This document shows positions 46,918-56,080 of a stretch of DNA of 64,000 nt, piece by piece. Origin of the DNA: Planctomycetota bacterium (GTDB taxonomy: Bacteria; Planctomycetota; SZUA-567; H5-PLA8); NCBI GenBank assembly GCA_038227045.1, contig JBBRQD010000013.1, positions 5,262 through 69,261 on the forward strand, read 5' to 3'. Position 1 is the first letter of the stretch. Each line of letters opens with the position of its first letter. The notes under the pieces were generated by a model, which saw nothing but the letters and a program-made list of their open reading frames with translations, did no database searches and was not told the origin of the DNA. The translations under genes and the position numbers were made by a program.

Positions 46918-49900
46918 TCATTGTTTCGCGTCCTTGGGAACTTTCTCGGGAGCCACGGCCGGCTCGTCCGGCACCACATAAACAGGCTTGCGCTTCGGTT
47001 CCGGCACGGCCGGCTGATTGTTTGGGACCGCCGGTATCAATGGCCGCGCAGGTACCGGAGTGGCTATTACGGGTCGCGCCGGGATTACTGGATTGATCGG
47101 TTGCGCTGCGGGCCGCGCCGGTTGAACGTCCTGAATCGGCTGCTCGACCAGACCGGGCTGCGGTTGATTCTGACGAACTGCGGGTACCAAAGGCGGCGTG
47201 ACTGGAGCTTGCGGCACAAATGGATTTGCGCGCGGATTCGCGGGCAGAACCGCCGGCGGATTGACCGGAACGATTGGTTTTCCTACAGGAGTTTTCGGCA
47301 CATCTTTCTTGACGTTCCTTTTATCGCCGGCGTTCTTCGGATTTGTCGTATCGGTCTTAGCAGTTGCGTCCTTTGCTGCCGCCGCAGTGTACGCTTCGAG
47401 CACGAATTCCTTGAGATACAATCCGCCATTCAAGTTATCTTCTTTGCTGATCCAAATCGGACGAATGTCCTTGAATAAATTCGCGGGGTTGTCCGGGTCC
47501 AGCGGAAATGGCACCAGTTTGTCGTAAAAATCCTGGATCGGCTTGATCAGGCTTTCCTTCTGTTTGCCGCGCGCAAACCCCCGCAAATAAACGCGCCGTT
47601 GCGCCAGGAACGAGTCCGGTTCCTTGTTGGCTTCTGGCGGCTTGCCGCCTTCCGATGTGGTGGCCTCGGCCATCACCACGGCAGGCATGGTCGTGGAGAT
47701 CGAAGTCAGATAAATGTCGTCCTGGATGCGCTGCTTGCTCTTCAATTCCGCCAGCAGATTCAGGAAATAATCCCCGGACTGGACGTTGTCGGTGATCGTC
47801 TTGAGCCGGTGGCGCAATTCGTTATTCTCTTTTTCCTGCTTTTTAACGGCGTCGTTTTGAGTCCGCGCGAGTTTGAACGCCTCGTCTGCGCGCGTGAAGT
47901 TTTCGTTGAGCGCGTCGGTATTTCTGTACGGCGTGTAAACCAGCAGCCCCAGCGCCAGCGCCGCGGCGCCCGCCGCGTAATAGTGGTACGCGCCGCGCGC
48001 CCAGAACTCGCGGCGATTTTTGATCGACTGCGGCAGAAGCTGGAAATTGAACGAGCCCTTTCGCAGGTCGCTCAGCGCAAGCCCTAGCGCCACACCCAGC
48101 GTGTGCTGTTCGCCGCGCAGCGCTTCCGCCGCGGCGGGACTTAAGCGGGCCAGCGACAGATTGCGCAGCGGTTCCAGCATCTGCACTTCGACGCGCAGAC
48201 GCCGGCCCATGAATTCCGGCAAGCCTTTCAGTTTGCTGCCGCCGCCGGTGATATACAAGCGGTCGAGTTTCATCTGCGGCTGCTTGGCCTGCTGCTTGGC
48301 GTTGAGCATCACGTTTTCAACCGCCGCGCACAGCACCGCGGCTTCGCGAACGAGCGCGGCCGTCGTCTGCCGTTTGCGCCTGTCTTTGTCGTCGTTCAAG
48401 GCCGGCGTGCCGCTCGAACTTGCGGAAAGATCCGCAATCTCCTGCGACGCTCCGCCGGAGGGCGCAGCGTTTTCGGAAGCGCTTTTTGCGCCGTCGTTCA
48501 CTGGCATCAGATCGACGCTGGCTTGCGGCACTGGAGGCGCAACGTATTGAGTTGCGGTCAGCGGCGAAGGCTTGAGCCCGGCGCTATTCGGCGCATCTTT
48601 CTTTTCGTCGTCGATCGGCTGCAACTCAAAATCATCCAACGCGGCGGGCGCGGCCGCGGCAACGGGAACCGGCTTGGGCGCGACAGGCACGGGCGCGGCA
48701 CTTGCAGCAGACGCGGCGGGCGTTCGAACAACCTTGAGGGGTGCGGACGGCGTTGTATCCAATTCGAGCTCTTCCAGCGAAGGGGCCGAGTAATCGCTGG
48801 GGATCATCACCATCGCGGCAGGCAATTTTTGTGATTGCGCAGGGCTGGGAGCGACAGCCGAACTCGCTGGACCCGGAGCAGGTTGCGGTGCTCCTGCCGG
48901 AGATTGTCCCGATGGGGCGGCTAGTGGCACAGCGGGTTTGATCTGCGATCCCGCCGGACTTCCTGGAGTGGGGGAAGGGCGGACGTTCATTTTCGGACCG
49001 TCCGGTACGCGCGCGCGCCGCGATTCTTCGCTGCCACCAGCGGGCGCAACAGCCCCTGCGCTCGGCACAGGAACGATCCCCGAACGCGCCGGCGCGCCGC
49101 TCGGATTTACACCGGATGAACCGGCTGCGTCGGGAGTCTGAATACCTGGGACGACGTTCGACGCGCCGGGTTTGCCCGGCATGCTCGAGCGCGGAAGGCT
49201 CAACGTCGCGCCGGTGCGCTGCAAGCGCGGGCGGGCAGTCGTGCTTCCCGCCGCCGGCGGTGCATCGAAAACGATCTCTGCGGTCGTCTTCTTCAAATCG
49301 TCCGCTTCGGACCAATCGAGCTTTAAATCGTCCGCCAAATTTTGAGTGAACCTTCGGCCGCCGCCCAGCAGAGTGCGCGCATAATACAGCGCGCCATTCT
49401 TGCAGATCAGCACCGTCAAATCGTCGGCGCCTATGTCGGCCACCGCCACCGTCTTATCCGCGTCGAAGCCGTGCCCGTGGTAATACGCGCTGTACAAAGC
49501 AAGCGCTTCCAGATCGATCTCGATTTCGCCCAGCCCGCCGGACTTCGCTTGTCCGAGCAGTTCGGTGGCGTAGCTTTCACGGCACATGCCGATGATCACC
49601 GTGTACTGTCCGTTGGATTCGGGCACGTCCATGATGTGGTAGTCGGAGCAATTGGCCTCCTTCTCTTCGGCGCGTTCTTCGACCTCGTATTTGACAAGCA
49701 TCTCCAGACGCCACGGTGGAACCGGCGGAATTTGAAGATAGCGGATCGAGGTTCTGCCACCCGACGCGCCGACGCGGCGGGTCTCCGCGCGCAACCGCGC
49801 GCTGCGCACCAATTCCCGCAGCTTTTCGCCGATCGCCAGCGCACGATCCGGGCTTTCCGCCATGCGGGTGAGATCCGCGATCGGCATGGTTCCAGCCCCG

Positions 49901-49989
49901 ATCACCTCTACCGGACCGGTTTTTTCGGCCTTCAGAACAACGCCTTTGATCGCTTCGGATCCGATATCGATTCCCGCAGTCGTGCTCAT
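46918..49989 (-). CDS. PilM-like actin-fold ATPase fused to a PilN-like TM/periplasmic module (GspL-like architecture) with long Pro-rich inserts
   Basis: N-terminal GIDIGSEAIKGVVL. After a ~290-aa P/A/S-rich insert: LYITGGGSKLKGLPEF, then LLPQSIKNRREFW plus TM and coiled coil, then a Pro-rich tail. ATG at 49989 preceded by GGGAG. Confidence 0.7.
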   Translation of the reverse strand: MSTTAGIDIGSEAIKGVVLKAEKTGPVEVIGAGTMPIADLTRMAESPDRALAIGEKLRELVRSARLRAETRRVGASGGRTSIRYLQIPPVPPWRLEMLVKYEVEERAEEKEANCSDYHIMDVPESNGQYTVIIGMCRESYATELLGQAKSGGLGEIEIDLEALALYSAYYHGHGFDADKTVAVADIGADDLTVLICKNGALYYARTLLGGGRRFTQNLADDLKLDWSEADDLKKTTAEIVFDAPPAAGSTTARPRLQRTGATLSLPRSSMPGKPGASNVVPGIQTPDAAGSSGVNPSGAPARSGIVPVPSAGAVAPAGGSEESRRARVPDGPKMNVRPSPTPGSPAGSQIKPAVPLAAPSGQSPAGAPQPAPGPASSAVAPSPAQSQKLPAAMVMIPSDYSAPSLEELELDTTPSAPLKVVRTPAASAASAAPVPVAPKPVPVAAAAPAALDDFELQPIDDEKKDAPNSAGLKPSPLTATQYVAPPVPQASVDLMPVNDGAKSASENAAPSGGASQEIADLSASSSGTPALNDDKDRRKRQTTAALVREAAVLCAAVENVMLNAKQQAKQPQMKLDRLYITGGGSKLKGLPEFMGRRLRVEVQMLEPLRNLSLARLSPAAAEALRGEQHTLGVALGLALSDLRKGSFNFQLLPQSIKNRREFWARGAYHYYAAGAAALALGLLVYTPYRNTDALNENFTRADEAFKLARTQNDAVKKQEKENNELRHRLKTITDNVQSGDYFLNLLAELKSKQRIQDDIYLTSISTTMPAVVMAEATTSEGGKPPEANKEPDSFLAQRRVYLRGFARGKQKESLIKPIQDFYDKLVPFPLDPDNPANLFKDIRPIWISKEDNLNGGLYLKEFVLEAYTAAAAKDATAKTDTTNPKNAGDKRNVKKDVPKTPVGKPIVPVNPPAVLPANPRANPFVPQAPVTPPLVPAVRQNQPQPGLVEQPIQDVQPARPAAQPINPVIPARPVIATPVPARPLIPAVPNNQPAVPEPKRKPVYVVPDEPAVAPEKVPKDAKQ

Positions 49990-50166
49990 GGAAACTCCCG
50001 TGCTTCGATGTCTGGCAACACGCACCGTCCGCCGCTTTAGTTCATACCGGTGAAAGGGGCTTTAGTAACTGAAAAGTAAGAGTGAAATTCGAGGGAAAAC
50101 GCACATATGTGAACGCACTTTGGAATGTGTTTCTAAACACAAATTTCGCGGTCATGAACAGCAAGC

Positions 50167-50646
50167 TCAGGCGCGATCAAAGGCTTCTTTGAGCTTTTTA
50201 TAATCAAGTTTGACCATTTTCCACATCGCTTCGGTCATGGCCTGTTTCTTTTTCTTGTTCTTGCTGGCTTGCCACTTTTCGATTTCGACGGGAAAGACCT
50301 GCCAACGGACGCCAAACTTGTCGATCAACCAGCCGCATTGCACGGGCTTTCCGCCGCCTCGGAGGAGTTTTTTCCAATAGGTGTCGATCTCGCGTTGGGT
50401 TTTGCACGGCAAGACTAAGGAGACGGACTCGTTGAACGGCACCTTGCTAAACCCGTTCAAAAGCATGATCCTTTGTCCCAGCACGGTGATGTCCATGGTC
50501 AGCACGGAGCCTTCCTTGACTCCCATGCGATTGGGGCCCCAATACCACGTTTTACCGATCTTGGTGCCTTTGAAGACGGATTTGTAGAATCTGGCCATGT
50601 CCGCGGCTTTGTCGTTGGACCAGAGGGAGATGTAAATTTTAGGCAT
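50167..50646 (-). CDS. VOC-family (PhnB / 3-demethylubiquinone-9 3-methyltransferase-like) protein
   Basis: IYISLWSND..., FNESVSLVLPC, YWKKLLRGGG..QCGWLIDKFGVRWQV pattern. Confidence 0.75.
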   Translation of the reverse strand: MPKIYISLWSNDKAADMARFYKSVFKGTKIGKTWYWGPNRMGVKEGSVLTMDITVLGQRIMLLNGFSKVPFNESVSLVLPCKTQREIDTYWKKLLRGGGKPVQCGWLIDKFGVRWQVFPVEIEKWQASKNKKKKQAMTEAMWKMVKLDYKKLKEAFDRA

Positions 50647-50673
50647 GTGAAGTTCTCCTGCAAGGGATTTCGC

Positions 50674-53385
50674 TCACTTCAGCGGTACGAGCTCCCCCGC
50701 CGTGCTGGAAGCCGGCGTTTTCGCCGTAACCGGCGCATCGATTTCTTCTTCACGCGGCACCGCCCAGCCATTGACGGGGCGGGCGGATGCGATTTTACGG
50801 GCGGAATTGGCGAGGCGTTCCATGCGCTCCTGGTTCGACAGGGCCGTCACGCGTTCGCCGCGTTCGATTGTGACCGAATTGCGTTGCGCTGCGCCCATTT
50901 CGACCGTTTGCGCATACGCCTTCGCGGGGTTGTTGGACAACGGAACTACTTTGCGCGTGTCGCCGTTTTGCGAGGTGGGGCCGACACCGCTTTCAAATGG
51001 CGCCGGACAGTAGCTCTGCGAATACGGCTGCCGGATCGGGAACGTGTCGTTCACCTGCCCCGGCGCCTTGTTCGAACTGCCTTCGCGGATGTCCACTTCG
51101 TCAATCGCCGGCTTCGTGTAGTACGACCGACCGCTGGGCGCAATGATGCTCGCTTCGACGATGATCATCAAATTGCTCTTCTGTTTAGTTTTGTCGAGCG
51201 ATTTGAACAGGTTGCCCAGCACCGGAATCTTGCTCAGACCCGGGATGCTGCGGTTCTGCGTTTCGGTGCGGTTGCGGATCAATCCGCCGATGATGCAGTA
51301 ACCGTTGTCTTCCAAAACCACGTCCGTTTCCAGGCTGGTCTGATCAATCGTCGGGCGCTGAATCGTCGGCGGGTTTGCGGCGTTCGTCGTGGAGTTGATC
51401 GCGAACGTCTGGAATTGTGAAATGTTCTGCCCCTGCGCCAGCGAATCGATAATCGGATTGAGATGCAGGTTGATCGTCTTCAAATCGCGGCCGATGGACG
51501 GCGTGACAGTCAGCGTGAAGCCGATGTTTTCTTCGTCGAACTCCGGAATGAAGCCCGACGTGCTCTGAATCGCCGTGCCGACGCCGGCCGTCGTCGTGCT
51601 TTGAATCGGGCGCAGATCGGTGATGTACGAGAAGTGCGTCGTGACGTCGATGACGGCCTCTTTATTGTTGATCGCCAGCACCTGCGGCGCGGAGAGAATC
51701 TTGGTCTTGTCGCTGGTCTCCAGCGCGGCGATCGTGAGCTGGTATGCCGGATCCGTCTTGCGGCCAACTAGGCTCAGCACCGTTGCGCCGGGTGTTCCCG
51801 CAGTCGTGAACACGCCGTTTCCGGCCGAGAGCGTAAACCCATTCGTCGGATCCTTTGAAGTGCTCGATGGCGTTTTTCCGTCGGGACGGAACAATGTTCC
51901 CACACGGCTGGACAAGCTGTTGATGTTCGCGCCCAGCGACAGTTCGCTGTTCCATTGAATGTCCAGGAAGCGTGTCTTGATCAGGCATTGGATCGCCGGC
52001 TGATCGAAGAAGTCGAGGAATTGAGAGACGCGTTCGTGGCCTTGCGGCGTGGTCAGAACGATCAGCAAATTGGACTGCCGGTCGATCTGATAATCCGAGC
52101 CCTCGGGCAGAACGTACGGGGACTTGGTATCCTTCATCCATTTCAATACGGTTTCAAGATACGTCGGTTCCTGCTGCTGGCCGTTTTGGCCGCCCTGGCC
52201 CCCCTGTTGTCCGCGGTTGCCGCCACCTTGCTGCTGTCCGCCGCCTCGTCCGGAGCGCCCATTCGTTCCACTACCGCCTCGGCCTCCTCCTCCGCCCCCA
52301 CCGCCCCCACCGCCGCCGCCACCGCCACCACCGGCATTGGCGACGGTGCTGACCAGGCCGTAGTGCAACGGATATACGCGCGGAAACATGATTTTCTTCA
52401 AATCGGTCTCGGAACTTGCGGTAATCCAGATCGAGTCTTCGGTGATGTTATAGGTGATGCCGTCGTTGTTGCGGACGATGTATTCGAGAATCTCACGCAG
52501 CTTCAAATCGTTGACGTGCATGGTGATCGTTTTGCCGTCCAGCGCCGCGGGGTCGGCAATGATGTTCACACCGGTCAAGTCGTAGAGCGTGTTCATCACG
52601 AAGTCGAGATCGGCTTTTTGGAACGACGCGGTAATCGGCTGCTCGAGCGCTTCGGCGATCTTTCGGCGCCGGTAAATGCTGGGATCGTCGTTGCGCGTGG
52701 CCAGGTGCGGCCGCTCGGTCGGAATCTTGGGGAGCGGCGCAGCCGCTTCTTCGTCGCTTTGCAGGATGCGGCTGCGATCGATGCGGTCGCGGGCGAATTC
52801 GGCGATTTTCTCGTCTTTCGCGTCGAGATGGCCGCGCGCATTTCGGCGCATTTCGGCGGCTTCCACGCTCGATGGGTCGGAGCGGATGACGTCTTCGGCG
52901 ATGTTAAACGCCCGATGGTAGTCTTTTTCCTTGTACGCGCGCTTCGCGTCTCTCAAATTCGCTTGGGATTGAGAGACCAGCGTGCGATGTTCCTCAGCGG
53001 CTTCGCGAAATTTTTCAGACGACTCCGTCAGCGGCGGGCGCTTTCCGGGAAGCACCAGGTTGTCGTTGCTTCCATCGCGCGGCGACTTATAGCCTTCCGA
53101 CGTCGCCATGTTGCCGTCGGCCGGTTCGGGAATTTTCCCGGAATCGGCGTCCTTCGATTTCGCCACCGGATCGTCCAGCCAATACTTCGTGCGCGGACGC
53201 GCGCCTTTGTTCAAGTCGGGTTTGACATCCACCTTGCCATCGCCGGGCAATACCGGGGCGGTCGGATCTGCTTCGCCTCCAAATGCGTGTGAACCGATCA
53301 TGACCAAACAAGGCACGATGGCTTGCAGGACGATGGTGCGGAAAGATGTGTGGCGCGGTTGACGCGCGCAGTGGGTGTTCATCAA
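50674..53385 (-). CDS. secretin (PilQ/GspD family) with N-terminal TPR-like region, Gly/Arg/Gln low-complexity insert and C-terminal extension
   Basis: Signal peptide. STN-like ITMHVNDLKLREILEYIV. Secretin core ILSAPQVLAINNKEAVIDV ... IPVLGNLFKS...NLMIIVEASII. Confidence 0.85.
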   Translation of the reverse strand: MMNTHCARQPRHTSFRTIVLQAIVPCLVMIGSHAFGGEADPTAPVLPGDGKVDVKPDLNKGARPRTKYWLDDPVAKSKDADSGKIPEPADGNMATSEGYKSPRDGSNDNLVLPGKRPPLTESSEKFREAAEEHRTLVSQSQANLRDAKRAYKEKDYHRAFNIAEDVIRSDPSSVEAAEMRRNARGHLDAKDEKIAEFARDRIDRSRILQSDEEAAAPLPKIPTERPHLATRNDDPSIYRRRKIAEALEQPITASFQKADLDFVMNTLYDLTGVNIIADPAALDGKTITMHVNDLKLREILEYIVRNNDGITYNITEDSIWITASSETDLKKIMFPRVYPLHYGLVSTVANAGGGGGGGGGGGGGGGGGRGGSGTNGRSGRGGGQQQGGGNRGQQGGQGGQNGQQQEPTYLETVLKWMKDTKSPYVLPEGSDYQIDRQSNLLIVLTTPQGHERVSQFLDFFDQPAIQCLIKTRFLDIQWNSELSLGANINSLSSRVGTLFRPDGKTPSSTSKDPTNGFTLSAGNGVFTTAGTPGATVLSLVGRKTDPAYQLTIAALETSDKTKILSAPQVLAINNKEAVIDVTTHFSYITDLRPIQSTTTAGVGTAIQSTSGFIPEFDEENIGFTLTVTPSIGRDLKTINLHLNPIIDSLAQGQNISQFQTFAINSTTNAANPPTIQRPTIDQTSLETDVVLEDNGYCIIGGLIRNRTETQNRSIPGLSKIPVLGNLFKSLDKTKQKSNLMIIVEASIIAPSGRSYYTKPAIDEVDIREGSSNKAPGQVNDTFPIRQPYSQSYCPAPFESGVGPTSQNGDTRKVVPLSNNPAKAYAQTVEMGAAQRNSVTIERGERVTALSNQERMERLANSARKIASARPVNGWAVPREEEIDAPVTAKTPASSTAGELVPLK

Positions 53386-53797
53386 AAAGTCCCCCCGGCA
53401 CTTATTGACAACTCGTTAGATTGTCGACACGTACGAAAGCTGTTTTTTCCAACTGGCCCGGTATTTGGCTAGCACACGCGAAGCGCTCCGCCGGTCACAT
53501 GCAACCACGCGCTTGCGATGCTTAAAATAAAGACAGATCAAGAGTTTAGTGTAACGCATTCCGGGCGCGATAGCAAGAGGAATGCAGCCGCTTTGCCTTG
53601 CGCGAGTTGCTGTATCCAAATCCGGAAAATTCGCAGTTCAGGGTGCAGTCTCCCGCTGCTACAGCCGATAGATTCTGTGTGTGGCACTGACCGGGGGATT
53701 GGTGTCACATATCGAGGAGCCGATGGGTCCGTCGTGTTGTCCAGGGATCTCGCGGCAATCTCCCATCGCCATCCGATTAGCGGAGAGTATTTACGCC

Positions 53798-55327
53798 ATG
53801 AACATTGACTCGCAATCCGCTTCGGCCACGCTCACCGCGTCCACCGGGTCGCATTCTTCATTCAGCAACGCCGAAACGTCCCAGCCCTGCATGCCCAAGC
53901 GCCAGCGCTCCATTTCGGAAAAGGGCGCAACGCCGGACGCCGACACCCTCGCCCGCGCGCAAACCGCGCTGGAGCGGGAATTTATCCGTCACTGCCCGCG
54001 ATCCGCGCAACTGTACGCCCGCGCGCTGCAAGTTTTCCCCGGCGGCGTGACACACGATAACCGCCGCGTGCTCGGCCACAGTCTCTACATCAACAAAGCC
54101 CGCGGCGCGCGCAAGGTCGACGTCGATGGCAACGAGTACATCGATTTCTGGATGGGCCATGGCGCGCTGATCAATGGTCACAATCACAATGACGTCGTCG
54201 AGGCCGTGCATCTCTCCGCTATGGACGTGATGCACCCTGGCGCCTGTCACGAACGCGAAATCGTCTGGGCCGAATTGGTCAAGGAAACGATTCCCAGTGC
54301 CGAGCGCGTGCGCTTCACCGCTTCCGGCAGCGAGGCGACCGCGCTGGCATTCAGACTCGCCCGTGCGATGCACGGCAAACCCGTCTTGATCAAATTTGAA
54401 GGCCACTTCCACGGCTGGCTGGACCACGCCGTCAACGGCGTCGACCTGCCCTACGACACGCCGTTCAGCGCGGGCGTGCCCGGCGCCGTTCGCGATTTAA
54501 CGCTCGTGCTTCCGCCGCGCGATTTGAACCGCGTCGAAGATACGCTGAAGAACCGCAAAGACATCGCCGGCATTATCATCGAACCGACCGGCGCGTCCGG
54601 CGGATCGGTGCCGGTCAAACCCGAATTCCTCAAAGGTCTGCGCACGCTGGCGGACAAATACAACGTCGCGTTGATTTTCGACGAAGTCATCACCGGATTC
54701 CGGCTGGCTCCCGGCGGCGCGCAAGCGCGCTTCGGAGTCATGCCGGACCTGACCTGTCTCGCTAAAATTCTGGCTGGCGGCATGCCCGGCGGTGCAGTCT
54801 GCGGATCGAAGGCGTACTTCGCAAAGATGGATTTCACCACCGATGCCAAGCACGACCGGGTCAATCGCGTCACGCACTACGGCACATTCAATGGAAATCC
54901 CGTTTCGGCCGCGGCGGGCATTGCCACGATCAAAGCGGTGCGCGCGGACGGCGGAGAAGTCTGCAAGCACGCCGAAGCCTTTACCGAAAGTTTGCGCAAC
55001 GCCTTGAATACGCTCTTCCGCGTGCAGAATGTGCCTTGGGCCGTGTACAGCAACGGATCCGTTTTCCACATCCTCACGTCCGATCCGGAAACAGGCATCG
55101 CGCTGCGCGACCGCAAACTCGACGCCACCGACGCCGACCCGCGCATGCTCAAGCAAAAGGGCTCGCTCGACGGCATCCTGCGCCGCGCGCTGCTGCTGCA
55201 CGGAGTCGACATTCCGCAGGGACGCCAAGCCTGGACCAGCGCCATTCACACACCGCTCGAAGTGCGCGAAACAATGGAAGCGTTCGGGCTTGCCATCGAA
55301 CGTCTTAGAACACTCAAATGTCTCTAA
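53798..55327 (+). CDS. class III aminotransferase (glutamate-1-semialdehyde aminomutase-like)
   Basis: DEVITGFRLAPGG and PLP-Lys context DLTCLAKILAGG. ATG at 53798 follows GGAGAG. N-terminal ~60 aa is low-complexity. Confidence 0.8.
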   Translation: MNIDSQSASATLTASTGSHSSFSNAETSQPCMPKRQRSISEKGATPDADTLARAQTALEREFIRHCPRSAQLYARALQVFPGGVTHDNRRVLGHSLYINKARGARKVDVDGNEYIDFWMGHGALINGHNHNDVVEAVHLSAMDVMHPGACHEREIVWAELVKETIPSAERVRFTASGSEATALAFRLARAMHGKPVLIKFEGHFHGWLDHAVNGVDLPYDTPFSAGVPGAVRDLTLVLPPRDLNRVEDTLKNRKDIAGIIIEPTGASGGSVPVKPEFLKGLRTLADKYNVALIFDEVITGFRLAPGGAQARFGVMPDLTCLAKILAGGMPGGAVCGSKAYFAKMDFTTDAKHDRVNRVTHYGTFNGNPVSAAAGIATIKAVRADGGEVCKHAEAFTESLRNALNTLFRVQNVPWAVYSNGSVFHILTSDPETGIALRDRKLDATDADPRMLKQKGSLDGILRRALLLHGVDIPQGRQAWTSAIHTPLEVRETMEAFGLAIERLRTLKCL

Positions 55328-55387
55328 AAAACGGTTTCAAGTTTCAGGTTCAACATTGGAAGCAACCTGAAACCTGAAACCCGTTTT
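55328..55387. terminator. bidirectional hairpin of GTTTCAG heptamers between convergent genes
   Basis: AAAACGGTTTCAAGTTTCAGGTT ... AACCTGAAACCTGAAACCCGTTTT with A/T runs on both sides. Confidence 0.7.
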
Positions 55388-55988
55388 AACGCAACGCTCC
55401 GCCCGGCCCCGGGCGCATCGCGCCTTTCTGCGCCGCTTGCGCGGCCATTTGCCGCTGAAGTTCCTGCGCGATCGTCGCGAAATGTGTCTTTAAATCGTGC
55501 AACACGCTCGTCAGAGCCTTTTGCTCGGTTTCGTTGAGATTGCCATTCGTCTTCGCCAGAATGACGGCGAGCAATTCGATCGTGTAGCGCGCGCCTTGCA
55601 GATCCATCTCCGCCTGCCCGGTGTACGGGTTCTCCAATTCGCCCATTTGCATCAGCGCCTGCTGCGCGAGACCATCGATGAAATTCAAAAAGATTTTCGT
55701 CTGCTGCTGTTCAATCGGCGAGAGTTGTTTGGCCGGAGGCACCGCGTCACCGGGCGTCGCGGAGGCGGAATCGTCAGGCGCCGCGCCGCCTGCTTCCGCT
55801 GCCACTGCGGGTGCATCGGTCGGAGCGGCGTGAGCCGCGGCCGGGCGAGGACTGGCCGCCGCACGAGCGGCTTCGCGCTCTTTCCGCGCTTCTTCTTTCC
55901 AGCTATCGTCCACTTTCTTCGGCGAAAACTTGAAAGCGGGAATGTCCTCTTTCTTCTCGTCGGACTTTTTTTCGTTTGGGTCGGCCAT
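55386..55988 (-). CDS. DUF1844-domain protein
   Basis: FLNFIDGLAQQALMQMGELENPYTGQAEMDLQGARYTIELLAVILAKTNGNL matches the DUF1844 pattern as I recall it. Confidence 0.7.
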   Translation of the reverse strand: MADPNEKKSDEKKEDIPAFKFSPKKVDDSWKEEARKEREAARAAASPRPAAAHAAPTDAPAVAAEAGGAAPDDSASATPGDAVPPAKQLSPIEQQQTKIFLNFIDGLAQQALMQMGELENPYTGQAEMDLQGARYTIELLAVILAKTNGNLNETEQKALTSVLHDLKTHFATIAQELQRQMAAQAAQKGAMRPGPGGALR

Positions 55989-56080
55989 CGCGTCGTTCCT
56001 CTAATGAGTTCGCTGCTGCGGTTCCATTTCAGGATACTCGAAGCAACTCAATAATGGAAGTGAGGCCGGCTCGCCGCATT

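Noticed and set aside
52124-52363. 79-aa poly-Pro ORF on the plus strand
   Set aside because: It is the antisense reading of the poly-Gly-coding tract of the secretin gene.
53416-53619. 67-aa minus-strand ORF in the secretin/aminotransferase intergenic region
   Set aside because: No RBS, odd composition and no motif. The region more likely holds divergent promoters. A local hairpin, GCATTCC...GGAATGC, was noted but is not distinctive.
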